NCBI RefSeq assembly: GCF_009914755.1
Contig: NC_060947.1
DNA length: 64,000 nucleotides
Origin: the human T2T-CHM13v2.0 reference genome, Homo sapiens
Reading direction: 5' to 3' (one strand)
A model generated the notes under the pieces. The model was given only the letters and a program-made list of their open reading frames with translations. It ran no database searches and was not told the origin of the DNA. Shown piece by piece: positions 1 to 13,067 of the stretch; positions within the stretch are counted from its first letter, which is position 1; the number at the start of each line of letters is the position of its first letter. Made by a program: the position numbers and the translations under genes.

Positions 1-19
1 CACTGTATTAAATTTCCAT

Positions 20-510
20 TTAGCTGTCTGTCTCTCTCAATAGACTGCAAGATTCATGAGTTAAATATCTTGTCTGTCTCAACTTTAACTATATTCTTAA
101 TACCTAGATCTGTTCTTGGCACAATTTCAGTGCTCAGTAAATACTTAATAAATAAATCCTCAAAACAGCCATATCTTTCAAATTTTCATGCCTTTTTATT
201 TTTCCCTCAGCTTATATTATATTTTGCCTCTATCCAGTTCTTCACCTGACTAAACCTCAGCCCAGGTTACACTTCTTCCATGAAGTCTTCTCTGATCTAT
301 CTACCTTTCTCTGGACTTCCATAACAACCTGTACATCATTATGTCATTTTTCATAAAATATTGTAGTCTAACTGTTGATGACAGACATTTTTTCTCCATA
401 AAAGACAGTGAATTATAAAGAAGAAGGACTACAACTTATTTATATATATTCCGTCATGAACGAGAATGAGGTCCAGCCCAGAAGACCTTAATAAATGTTG
501 ATTTAAATGT
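20..510 (+). mobile_element. Degenerate LINE-2 3' end fragments
   Basis: tagactgcaagattcatgag ... gtgctcagtaaatacttaataaataaat, plus a second ttaataaatgttgatt end, resemble L2 3' termini; boundaries approximate. Confidence 0.5.
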
Positions 511-2004
511 ATGCAAAATTATATTTTATCTGTATAAAGCCATTTATTTCATCCAATAACATAACTTTTGACCTCAATCAGATGATCCCAATTACCTATT
601 TTCTCTCAACAGGCTCTGGGAAAACCCCAAAGGAATGGATTTATTCTTAAGTGAGACTCATAAACGTCTTGATCTGTGAACTTAGATGTTTCCTGCTGCT
701 AATATTTAGTATACAGACATTTTCTGCCCATCCCATTCCCAAATATTTGACTAGATTATTAAATATCTACATTTCTGTGCCTCTTCTGTTTCTACAAATG
801 TTAACATTTTTGACTGCCTAAGTTTTTGACTCCTCACTTGACTTTGTTATCTTGCCTGTCCACCTGATTTCTGAAACATCCTCTCTCTAGACGTTCACTC
901 TTAACATGAAAGCCCTAAGCCCTTGACCTTGAATCCAGTTTGCAGTTAAATTTGCTTTTACTCAAACATCTGCAACAAATGCCTTTATTTTGGCAGAGAC
1001 AGCATTATGTAGAAATTAATGCCATAAATATGTTTTTATATTAAAGAATGTCTTAAAACCTGATACCTTTGTGAGGATCTCTCTTACACCAGTCTCAATG
1101 GAAAGAACAGTTATCAAATTCTCTGATGCCAAGACCCCTGTGTTAGCTCTAGTGAGGAAGAGCTTCAAATCCTGCCAAATTCACCAGTGTTCCAAAAAAT
1201 CCCATCTGGGACCCAGATGGAAGGCATGAGCCTATGATCACAGTCCCCGAGGGTTTTGGATATGATATGTGTCAGCTTTCTGTGCTAGAGATCAGTCTAG
1301 CACTGTCATGGCCTTTGCATAGATTTCACTAGAGAATTCCTGAGCAACAAGCAATATCAGACTTTTTTTTTTAAGGTGTAGGCTCTCAGGAGAATTGCCA
1401 AGATATTGTTAAAGATCTTAGTTCAAAGCTATCGGTTCTGTTTGATTCTGTCTTGAATCCCGCTTTCACAATCAGTTTGCTTTCACTCCATTTTGCCTCA
1501 GATAACTTTCTTGAATTGGACTAGGTACTGATTCTTCTGGCCTCTAAACTCAAGTTATTACCCCTGGTAGTTTCCACCTTTCCCTTAACCATAATCTGTC
1601 AGTCAGTTCATCAGAGAGAAGAGCAAAAGCCAAAAAGACAAGAGAATAGCTGTATCACCATGACCACCGCCAGCACACAACAACAAATGCTGTAGTGAGC
1701 TACGCAGAAGAAGGAAATGCAGAAGGAAATATAGGTTTGAAATATCAGTAATTGTAATAACTAAAAATGGATCAATTACTAGCAAGTATATAAAGCAAAG
1801 GAAAATCACCTAGGTATTTTTTACTAAATTATTTTTAATGGTACTAAGCACTATTTTTTTTTTTTTTACAAAAGTTATTCTGATTGCTCATCAAAATAAT
1901 TGGTGAGGTTTTTCAGCATATGAGTAGGTGGTCATATCCAACCCATAGTCTCACTCAGTAGGTCAGGGATAAAGCCTCAAATCAAGTAGTAATGTGAGAT
2001 AGAT

Positions 2005-2170
2005 AGTGTGGTATAATATAAAGGTAATAGGGTTTGGAGTATGACATACCTGTCTTTGAACATCAGGTTGGTTACCTACTAGTTGGGTGTGATCTTGGAC
2101 AAGTCATTGGATCTCAATAAATTTTAGCTTGCCAGTCTGTAAAATGTGGCATCTTATTGCCTATTTCAAA
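2005..2170 (+). mobile_element. MIR SINE
   Basis: tttggagt...gtgtgatcttggacaagtcatt...tctgtaaaatg MIR core. Confidence 0.65.
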
Positions 2171-2329
2171 GAGCAAAACAAAAACAGTGGTTAAAATAAA
2201 ATACAAGTATATTTTTCTCTCATGTTTATCTCTGTGACCCTCCAAGTCTTATGGGTCCATATATGACCACAGAGTCTACAAACACTGTAAAATGCTATGC
2301 AGAATGACATAGGTATGATTCATTCATTT

Positions 2330-2575
2330 ATTTTCAATATAGGCTCCACCCTATTCTAAATGCTTAACATACATTAACTCAGTTCATCTTCACAAAAACT
2401 CTGTTACGTTTGCACCATTTTTATTATGCTTCTATTGCAAATGAGGTAACTGAATTGCAGAGAGATGAAGTAACTTCCTCAAGGTCATAGTGTCCTGGCA
2501 GAGCTGGGTTTCAAATTCAGGCAGTGCGTCTCTAGAGTCTACACACTTAAACTACTGCTGTATGCTACTCCTGCA
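2330..2575 (-). mobile_element. MIR SINE
   Basis: aaatgaggtaactga...gaagtaacttcctcaaggtcata...ggcagagctgggtttcaaattcaggcagt, reverse MIR core. Confidence 0.7.
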
Positions 2576-4189
2576 CTGCCTGTGGCTTGAATCCAGAACT
2601 TTAATGGGACTTTTAAAGGTTTCTGTGACATCAGATAGGGCTAAGAACTCAGTCTTGGGGGAAAGGACACATAGAAACTAATAAGTAGACTAATGTGACA
2701 CATGCCATAATAAAGATTTATGGCTGGTGCTATATGAGGGAGCATTAACAAGACAATATTCAAGTATTACTGAATGAGTAGAAAAAGGGGAAAATAGAGA
2801 GAGCATTATTCTATCAACATTGAACACAAGTGTAAAATTTTAGTAAGTTTCCAAGGGTATTATTCTTGTGGCTTAGATAGAAGGACAGCATAAACATAGT
2901 CATGTGATTTTATTGATATGTAATTGACATTCCTAGGCTATTGTGGTGTTATTACAGTTTAACATTGGAAGCATTGGAGTTGGGAGGTCTGTGGTGTTAA
3001 AGACTGACTAAAATGAGCCACCAAGCTGTATGATCACCCATAATATCAGTTTTAACCCTGGCACCAGGCCCAAAAGCCTTCTACTCCCCAGGGTCTTAGC
3101 ATATGTATTTCTCCTACAAGTTAAGGTTGTTACTCTATCAGACATTTTGGGTTATTCTCGGTTTATGTTGAGCTTGTATTCTACATTGTTGTTTTACTTT
3201 TCCATTTTTCATGTGTAAAACATTCTCACATACAGGAATAAAGCATGTGCATTGTGTAAGGATGTTGTTACTCTCTGTGAGGTTTACCCACGAATCAGGA
3301 TATGACTTAGATTGACATTTTTCTTTTGTTATTTGTGTATGTGTAGCCTTATATGGGTACGTTTATACATTTAATGAACAGAAACAGCCCACATATTTTT
3401 GAATGTGGTAGCTTAGTAACACAACTCTGTTTTTGTAGTGAAATATATATACACATACATACAGAGAGAGAATATTCTTATTTCTAATAGATATTGAGAA
3501 ATGAGTTTACATCAGTTTAACCTTATAATTTTTCTTCACATTTTTTCATTCTTTTTACCTGTTGTAAAACTATAATTTCTTTGTGATATAAAATTAAATA
3601 ATTGTTCCCAACACAATTCAATAATTAACTTGGACCTTGCTTAGTAAATATTTTCAAAGATTATTTTATAAAGGACTGAGTTTGGTAGATTCCTCAATCT
3701 TGGAATTCTTTATCAAATAGAAAGTTTAGGTTCAAAATTAATATAGTTATTTTTTGACATGTTTCATTCATTCAAAAGGGATATCCTAGGCATTGATTGC
3801 ATGTAGGGCAATAAGGAGAATAAAGGAAAACCTCTAAGAGTCTCAGACTCTTACAATCTAGTTGTGCTGTCAAGACAGACCCACATGTGAAATAGTTCAA
3901 GACTCACCTAGCATAGTACGTAATTAAATACAATCTTGGGTAAGAACCACAATGAGTGACCTGGGTTTTCATAGAGTGCAAAGGATTTCAAGAAACAGCG
4001 AGTGAAAGAAGTATAATTTGCCCTATCATTTAAAATTGGTAGGATTTGAACATGAACAGAAAAGAAAGGAAATTATTCCAAGTACTTGGGGTTGGGTAGG
4101 GGTGCATTGCTGCCTTTTAGTTGGCAAACCCACCCATGACCAAGGCTAGACCTTGGGCACCTAATAAAGAAATAACTTCTAACACTTTC

Positions 4190-4385
4190 ATAGTCATTAC
4201 CTACCAAACATTGTTCTAGGTCACCTAAATGGCAAACTCATTGAATCCTAATGATCTAATCTGATCATTAAACTGATAGATATAGAGGCTAATAACATGC
4301 CCAATTAACAACTAGAAAGTGGTAGAGCTGGGAGTCAAGCCCATATAGTCTGTCTTGAGAGTCTGTGCTCCTCCTAACTGTACCT
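4190..4385 (-). mobile_element. MIR SINE
   Basis: aagtggtagagctgggagtcaagcccatatagtctg reverse MIR motif. Confidence 0.55.
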
Positions 4386-4389
4386 CTGG

Positions 4390-5260
4390 CATTTCTCAGA
4401 CTTTTTGGTCTCAGCATCTCAGTTCACTGACAAAAATATGTGAATGTCCCAAGGACCTTTTATTATTGTGAGTTATGCCCACCAATCATTTCCACATGAA
4501 AAATTAAACTGAAATAAAAATGCTTATTTATTAACTCACTGAAATTGAGAACAGATTCAGGTTGCCAGGAGCTATGCTTATTTATTAATTCATTGAATTA
4601 GCAGAAATACTGTTATTTGTGTTAATTTCTGAATTGGTTCTCAGAAATTGAGAACCGATTCAGGTTGCCAGGAGCTACAGCAGAGGAAGGGAAATGGGTG
4701 TGGCTATAAAAAGATCTCCATTTTTGTGGTTCTGCATATCCTACATCTTGATTGAATCCATGTCAATATCCTGGCTGTGATATGATACTACAGTTTTGCC
4801 AGATCATCAAGGTAAATGAGGTAAAGCATACACATCATCTTCCTTCATTATTTCTTACAACTCCTTTCATGTGAATATACAATAAATCATCTAAAAGTAA
4901 AAGTCTTAATTAAAATAGCTATAACAAAACCATTACATCCACACATGCAGAACATTTTAATGGAAAAATTACATTCTCCAAAAATAAATTATTGAGAAAA
5001 GTGCTATGGCTTCACATTATCACAAATCTCTTTAAGGCCCTGTTTGATAGATGGTCGGACCCTCATATCTGCTTCTACATTCAGCCTATTGCGATGTCAC
5101 ATGCCATGGAGCATTTGAAACACTTTACACTTGTTAAAGAAAAAGAATGCAAAAGGCATGGGAGATTTTAGTGTTATGGAAAAGCTTTGATTTCGTAGAT
5201 CCTTTAGAAAGATCTCAGGGACCACCAGTCACCTCTAGACCACACTTTGAAAACAGATAT
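4390..5260. mobile_element. hAT-Charlie-type DNA transposon relic, with an old L1M 3'-end fragment nested at ~4640-4910
   Basis: Left end tttctcagactttttggtctcag and right end gaccacactttgaaaaca resemble hAT-Charlie termini; internal ggttgccagg...tgtcaatatcctggctgtgata resembles an L1MC/MD 3'UTR. Confidence 0.55.
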
Positions 5261-6239
5261 CCTACACTATACTGTCTCTTGATATTAATGTTTGATGCTG
5301 GTGTAATATTAATTGTGCTAATATTTCTTCTTCAGCTTCAAGACAATTATTGCTAAGTTACTCCCCAAATCTCTGGTGAAGTGTTTGAATGCAGAACTTG
5401 TTTTGCAGCCTGACAGATCTAAAAGCTCCCAAATGAGCAGACAGTAAGCAAAACAAACTGTTCGAACTCTTGCAATTTGCTTGCTCCCTCCCTGCTGAAG
5501 ATTTCTGGCTACCTTACTTCAAAGGGAACACAGTGTGAGGAGAGCATCTGTGGGAAGAAGATAGCAAGACGAATATGGCAACTAAAGAAACTTCGACTTG
5601 AAACGTTTTTGCAAAATGCCACGATACTTATGCACTGGGACATGGTGTCATTGGGATGGGTAAAAAGAAACCAGAACACTACAGTTGGCAATGATGTCAG
5701 AACACCTTAACCCATCTGAAGTCTTTTCTGCTGCTTTTTTCCTAATCTGCTCTTGTACCCTACCATTGGATAAAGTTAAAGAGAAAACTCTGACATTTGA
5801 AATAAGTCTGAATCAATCACCACTTTTAGCTTTGCAGTAGATTCAGTCTCAAACTTTACTACAAATGCTCACCACTAAATTGAGGAATTTTCTCTTTAGC
5901 TATGGCTAATATCAAAGCTAGGGAATTGACAATGTGCAATAAAATACTATAAGAGACTTCATGAATATATTAGATTTAAAACAAAACTGGATCAAATAAG
6001 CGTTAAACATTCAGCAGAGCTAATGGGAAAAAATCAATCAATTAATAGTATAAGAAACTTGAAGACCAGACGGAAGAAAAGACTCTGAAAGTTTAATTTT
6101 GTGGATGGAATTAAATCAAAACTGAACATAATTAATTTTTCCTTTGCATTTTATAACCCAAATAATTTCCCAAATCTAGTTTATATCTCTGAAACAGGTA
6201 TTCCTATACTTCTCAATTTTCGTTTAACCTAGTTTAATA

Positions 6240-6470
6240 ATAGCTACTGTTTATGGAGGACATAACATTTGTCAGGGACTTTAACACGCACTTTTTTACA
6301 TTCTCTCTATTTTTCATAAAATTACTGAAGGAAAGCTGTCATTATTCCTATTTTATAGCTTGGAAAATTGAGGCTCAGAGCTATTAAGTGCCTTGACCAA
6401 GATCAGATGTGAGAACATAGAGGAAATAAGATTCAAGATTCAAGCCTGGACTGTTCATTTCCAAAGCCAA
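6240..6470 (-). mobile_element. MIR SINE
   Basis: attattcctattttatag...aaattgaggctcagag...ttgaccaagatca reverse MIR core. Confidence 0.65.
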
Positions 6471-6869
6471 GGTATCGTGTTGCTTCCTCCTTACATTTGT
6501 GCATTTGGGATGACTTTGAACGGGGCTTTATACAATTTTATTAATTTATGCTAAAATTTCTAGCCTTTCTTGACTGTAAAGGTATAAATCATGAATGGCA
6601 AATAATGTTCTTATTTCCTTTGATGCTTTATGCTCTAAGATTTGACCTAGGTTTGTTTTAACTCCTTAACTTTTATCTGTGGGAAGTCCTTCAATTGCAT
6701 TAATGAAAGGTCAGGCACACAAATTTTACCAAAGAGTACTATCTACGGCAGAAATACTTAAACATGCAAATAACAGCCATGCTTCCTAGTTTTCTAAGCC
6801 AAAATCCTGCCTAGCAATTAGTATGAAGTATATACTTCAAAGGAAAACACTTCCAGAGCTGTGGCAACA

Positions 6870-7278
6870 TAATCGCTTACTAGGGCTGCCATAACAAAGT
6901 ATTACAAACTGGGTGGGTTAAAACAACAGAAATCTACTCTCTTATTGTTTTGAAGGATAGAAGTCTGAAGCCAATGGATGGATTGGGTCCTCTTTCCTCT
7001 GAAAGGTCCTAGGGAAGGATTATTTTTTACCTCTTGTTAGCTCTCGCGATTGCTGGTAATCCTTAGCATTCCTTGACCTGCAGTTGTATCACTCTAGTCT
7101 TTGCCTTAGTTATCACATCTTCTTCCACCTGTGTGTCTCGGTGTCTTCATATGGCATTTTCCTCTGTGTGTGTCTGTATCCCAATTTCCCTCTTCTAATA
7201 GACACTAGTCAGTTGATTAGGGCCCACCCTAATCCCGATGAACAAATTCTGGGGAAACACTAATCAAACCACTATAGA
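6870..7278 (-). mobile_element. MaLR solo LTR (MLT1B/C/D-like)
   Basis: agggctgccataacaaagtattacaaactgggtgggttaaaacaacagaaat ... gattagggcccaccctaat is typical MLT1 reverse sequence. Confidence 0.8.
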
Positions 7279-8259
7279 CAGCTCAGATAATTAAAGGAGA
7301 GAAGGCCTCAAGTGAAGGATTCCTATAGCATTTGTTTCTTGGAAGTTCCAGGAGTGGGCTCTAAGAACCTGGCTATCATTTCATAAATACTCTTCTTTGC
7401 AAAGAAAATTAATTGTTGAGTAATCCCCATGTCAATTTTTGTCACATCAAGATAATCACCCTGTCCTATACTCTTCCTGGGCACATGTCTTTATCTGAAT
7501 AATTTTATTTGATTCTTAGTCCATTATTGTATCTCTCTCAACTAGAAAGTAAGTTGTTTGAAGGCCAAAAAGAGTACCTGGCACATAGACACTCGGTAAA
7601 TGCTTGGTAAATGATTGGATGGATGCTGAGATGAATTCTGGCTTTTAAAACGTGACCTTGATTAGAGTGTTCACCCATGCTGTTCTTTCTACCTCCATTT
7701 ACTAATTCGCCAAACACTGACTGATCATATGCTATTTACCACGTTCTACATTTAGCACTGAGGATACAATTGCAAGCAAAAGCAGATTTATATTCCCATA
7801 TATCCTAGAACTTGCAGGTTAATATGGATTGATCATTGACACTCTAAAGGATTGCTCATAAACAAAATATTTGCAGGGCATCTGCAATACATCTAGATCT
7901 ATGGTTGTATCATGGGTACATACATAATCATAAGACTTAGTCCTTGTCCATCTGCTGCTTAGAAACCACCTTTGAATACAAAACTAAAATAAAAGTTAAG
8001 AGCTAAATAATGTGAAATGGTGCCTACATTCAAAGTGACCAAAGAAAAATAGACATAGTCTTATTTGTTGGTGAAAATGGGACTGGAAGTTAATATTCTG
8101 ACTAGGCAGAGGGGACATTCTGGGACTACAAATCTGACTTGGGCAATGGGATCAACTATACTTAAATGTCAAGTTAAGTAAGTCAAATATAATGATTTTA
8201 CATATTTTGACTGAGCAAATGATATTTAAAAGGGAGTTATTTTAGAGATGATTCCGTGA

Positions 8260-8820
8260 TGGTTTACAGAATAGAGTGAAGACAAAAACCAAGATCCATA
8301 ATGATCCTAACAACCTGGACTGATAGGCTGAATAAAATAAACAAGATAAATTCTAAGAATAATAAATTAATTTTTTTATATTTAGATTGCTTACACGAAA
8401 TAGATTTTCAATCAATGACTATAAGGTGAAATGGAGGAAACTCTTTGTCTGACAAAGTTAATCACAATATCCAGTGGTGTTCTCCAGTTGTCTTCTTAGC
8501 ATCCAATGCAAGTAGCTGCTACAATAATAAAAAGTCAGATCTCAGAGTATTAAATTAATAATTCTTCTGTTATTGTGACTAGTCAGGCCACAGTTCAAAG
8601 ACTGTTTATACCTGAGCTCTGCCTTTTAAAGGGCATGTACATATTGGAGTGCATCTAGATGAGAAAAGCCAGGATACTGTGTAATTGGGAAATTATAAGG
8701 GAAACGGTTAAAGAAAATGAACAAATATACTGTGAACAAGTATAAGTAAGGGTGATTATTATTATCAATATTCAAGAGGCATTATGTGGAAAAATAATAG
8801 ATGTGTTGAGGGTTTTTCCA
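8260..8820 (+). mobile_element. L3/CR1 LINE relic (3' ORF2 region)
   Basis: atccataatgatcctaacaacctggac...agtcaggccacag...ttttaaagggcat...ttggagtgcatctagatgagaaaagccaggat resembles decayed CR1 ORF2. Confidence 0.55.
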
Positions 8821-8829
8821 AAAATGTAG

Positions 8830-9020
8830 AGTTGTGTATGCAAAAGGGCATGGCCTCCAGAACCAGTCAGACATGAATTCCTGCTTCTACTATTATTAGC
8901 TGTCATAATTGAGATAAATTACTAAACTTACTTTAAGTTAGATTAGTTTCTTAATCTATAAATTAAATTAAAAAAGTGAGCATGCCTTTCTCCCTCACAG
9001 GGTTGTTGGATAATTAAAAT
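8830..9020 (+). mobile_element. MIR SINE
   Basis: cagtcagacatgaattcctgcttctactattattagctg...agtttcttaatctataaa...ctcacagggttgttg. Confidence 0.65.
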
Positions 9021-9154
9021 AAATAATAAAATGAAACGAAACAAAACAAAAATAGGGAAAGCTATTACATTTAAGACAAAAACAAATATGAGGCAGATTT
9101 AGTCAACAAAGTAAGAATACTTGAGCAATCTGAGCTTATCCAAGTCCATACATC

Positions 9155-9760
9155 TATTCATTCATTCAAAAACAATTTTATAATCTCCAATGTGACTAGT
9201 ACAATACTAGGCCCTAGTGATGCAACAGTAAATAAAGCAGACCAAGATGCTGCCTTGATAGAGCTAACATTCTAGCAATGGAAACAGACAATAAACAACC
9301 ATATATAAAATATAATTCCAGGCAGTGATAAGTGCCATGAAGAAACTAAATAAGGGTAAAGGTCTCGGTGCTATAAGAACATTTTGGATTGTATGGTCAG
9401 CATAGGCTTCTAAGGAGATGACATTTGAACAGAGTTATAAATGAAGTGACAAAGTGAGCCAATGGAGTATCTGGGAGAGGTGCTTTAGCCAGAGAAAGAC
9501 CTTCATGTGCATAAACCCTAAAATGGGAATAAGCTTCGTGTGTTGAGCAACAACAATAAGGACACTATGGCGAAAGCAGAGGAGTCAGTGAGGGCATGTT
9601 GATAGAAAAAGGTAAGGAAGATTGCCAGGGGCCAGATCATGCAGGGCTTTGTAAGCTGCTTAGGAGATTGTATTTTACTGTGAACAAAGTGTTGATGAGA
9701 TATGATCTGATAAATATTTTAAAAATCTCAAGCTGTATATTTGGATGAGGGTAGCAAAGA
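9155..9760 (-). mobile_element. LINE-2 (L2a-like) 3' portion
   Basis: Starts with attcattcattca tail; ctgccttgatagagctaacattctag; ggccagatcatgcagggctttgtaag. Confidence 0.75.
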
Positions 9761-10814
9761 TCCCAAATAAGATAGTTGTTTATTTCTTTCTGAATTGAAT
9801 GTGTGGGCTGGTGTCCTAGCTCTGCTCCATTAAATTGTCAGGACTGGTACGCGTGTGTGGTATTCTTTAGTGTCAAGGAACCAGGATCATTAAATCCTGT
9901 GGCTTTCACATACTTAGGAAGTTGCCTTCATCTTTGTAATTGACAACATTATGAACAAATTTTACAGAAACAAAGAGGTGAAGAGGTGATTAAATCTTCC
10001 TGAGAGACTAGAGGATATTTCAAAAAGCAAGAGATGATTTAGATTGGGCCTCTGAAGGTTAGAATTTCACAGGGTGGGGAATTAAGAAACAATTATACTT
10101 AGATGTATATCAGTGCATGGTGGGTGGGGAGAGAGACATCTATTATGGCCACAATAAAAGTTACATTAAGAAGTGATAGGAGACAAAGCAATATGCATTT
10201 TTTTTTTTTTAGTTTCTGTTATGTTTAAAGTTCCATGATAAGAAAAGCGATATAAATGATAAAGGGATAGTTTCAATAAAAACGGATTTAAGCATAATAG
10301 AGGACATATATGTGTGCATATCATTACAACAAAGTAAGGTATTCATCATTATGGAGACACAGAAGAGAGAGAGATTGTCTATCTTGTTTACGTGTTGCTT
10401 TTTTTTGTTTACATGCCTTGACCTGTTCACTTCTATGCACCTCACTAGAATGTGAGCTCCTTGAAAGCAGGGGTCATTTATTAACACATATTTATTGAGG
10501 TGACAAAAATTGTTTTAGGTGCTGGGATGTATCAGGAAATATAATTTCATTATTTTAAATATGTAAATTAATTTTTAAATTATATTGCCTTTTTTATTAT
10601 TTAGGCTTTCCACATTGGAACATGAGAACAACCCCACTGGAACATCCTTTTAATCAAGTCACCTTTTATATGCCAAGGAAGCATTTTGAGTTTCTTCATG
10701 TAAATCCTAAATTTATTCCCAGATGTTCCAATGGATTTGTATATATTTTCTCTTTATAAAGGTACTCTAAATGTAATTGCTTTTTGAAAATTAATTATAC
10801 TCATATAATCACAC

Positions 10815-11095
10815 ATTCATTCATTTAATAGTCAGTGACTTCTATGTTGTACCAGATACTTTTGTGGGTGGTATAGATACAGCAGTGAACAAAATAAAAA
10901 GAAAATATGTGCAGCTTACCTTCGTGGAGCTTATATTCTAGTAAGGTTCAGAAAAATATATTCAATGAATAGGTAAAACAGGGTGTGTGTACAGTGCATG
11001 TACAATGATATGCTTCAAGGAGCAAGAAAAAGGGAAGAGGGATAGAAGTGGCAGGTGTGCGTTTGTGTTCGGGGAGGCGGGAAGGATGTTGGTGA
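10815..11095 (-). mobile_element. LINE-2 3' portion, left half of the element interrupted by the RRM2 pseudogene
   Basis: cattcattcatttaa tail; acagcagtgaacaaaa; ccttcgtggagcttatattctagt; continues collinearly at 14793. Confidence 0.7.
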
Positions 11096-11111
11096 GAGTG
11101 GGAGTGTTTTA

Positions 11112-11718
11112 TTTTTTATTTTATTTTATTTTTTTTATTTTTTTTCATTTTTTTATTTTTTTTTATTATTATACTTTAAGTTTTAGGGTACATGTGCACA
11201 TTGTGCAGGTTAGTTACATAAGTATACATGTGCCATGCTGGTGTGCTGCACCCACTAACTCGTCATCTAGCATTAGGTATATCTCCCAATGCTATCCCTC
11301 CCCCCACCCCACAACAGTCCCCAGAGTGTGATGTTCCCCTTCCTGTGTCCATGTGATCTCATTGTTCAATTCCCACCTATGAGTGAGAATATGCGGTGTT
11401 TGGTTTTTTGTTCTTGCCATAGTTTACTGAGAATGATGGTTTCCAATTTCATCCATGTCCCTACAAAGGACATGAACTCATCATTTTTTATGGCTGCATA
11501 GTATTCCATGGTGTATATGTGCCACATTTTCTTAATCCGGTCTATCATTGTTGGACATTTGGGTTGGTTCCAAGTCTTTGCTATTGTGAATGATGCCGCA
11601 ATAAACATACGTGTGCATGTGTCTTTATAGCAGCATGATTTATAATCCTTTGGGTATATGCCCAGTAATGGGATGGCTGGGTCAAATGGTATTTCTAGTT
11701 CTACATCCCTGAGGAATC
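11112..11718 (-). mobile_element. 5'-truncated young L1 (L1PA2-like): ORF2 C-terminus, 3'UTR and poly(A)
   Basis: ORF 11366-11728 gives [20 protein letters not shown]...[10 protein letters not shown]; 3'UTR has GACGAGTTAG (not ACA/ACG) and GAGATCAC; T-rich tail at ~11107-11165. Confidence 0.95.
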
Positions 11719-11772
11719 TTTTGACCATATAATTTGGTTTTATTAACTTTAAGTAACAATTAAAAAATAGAA

Positions 11773-12143
<371 letters not shown>

Positions 12144-12805
12144 TCAAATGTTAAACAACCAGTATACAATACAATCAATTAACAAAGGTGATCAAAATTT
12201 AATTCTTTCATGCAATGTCTCAGCATTTTTTTCCAAACATAAAGCCAGATTAATTCAAATTAGCCCTCTTAAGAATATATATTAGTTCATACTTCCTTCT
12301 GAAATTAATATTTGGATGGAAAATATATTAATAACTTGTAGACTATACTACTGAAGTTCACGACTCCACCATGTGATGCTCACATTTAGACAAATGCTAG
12401 AATTATAACACACTACCTGGTGAGTATTTCAAAGGATAAACTACAGGTAAAATCTAAAAAGAAATAAATAATAAAAAATGTTTTCTAAAAATGATGTAGT
12501 AAATATAAATGAATTAACTCAATAGTACCTACTTACACATAAATTAAACAAAACAAGAAAAAACAACCTTCAGAAGATACAACTTCAGTCCTGATTTTAC
12601 CATTTAACAGAAGCAAGATCTTAGCTGGTTCATTTTGTTCAAGGATGACTTGAAAATTTACAATACCACCTTAGCTCCCACGTATAAAACACACTTCAAG
12701 GGTTTTTTCATATGAACTAGAAGTCGGGGAAAACAAAATATGAGAAATAAAATGATGATAGGGCCCCTCACACATACTAAGACCCAGAACATGCCTAAAT
12801 TTCCA

Positions 12806-13067
12806 TTTTTTTATATTTTTTATTTAATTTATTTTTTTTAGACGGAGTCTCACTCTGTTGCCCAGGCTGGAGTATAGTGGCTTAATCTTGGCTCACTGCA
12901 AGCTCCTACAGGCGCCCACCACCACACCCGGCTAATTTTTTATATTTTTAGTAGAGATGGGGTTTCACCGTGTTAGCCAGGATGGTCTTGATCTCCTGAC
13001 CTCGTGATACGCCCGCCTCAGTCTCCCAAAGTGCTGGGATTACAGGCGTGAGCCACTGCGCCTGGCC
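12806..13067 (-). mobile_element. Alu (Y/Sc-like) with ~50-bp internal deletion
   Basis: 19-bp TSD gaaca(t/a)gcctaaatttcca at 12787-12805 and 13068-13086; junction gcaagctcc|tacaggcgcc skips part of the right arm. Confidence 0.95.

Noticed and set aside
613-650. Plus-strand exon candidate (acceptor at 612, TAA|gtgaga)
   Set aside because: Weak donor and no recognisable coding content; not supportable alone
10605-10761. Plus-strand exon candidate
   Set aside because: Weak donor (AAG|gtactc), unrecognised peptide ending in a stop
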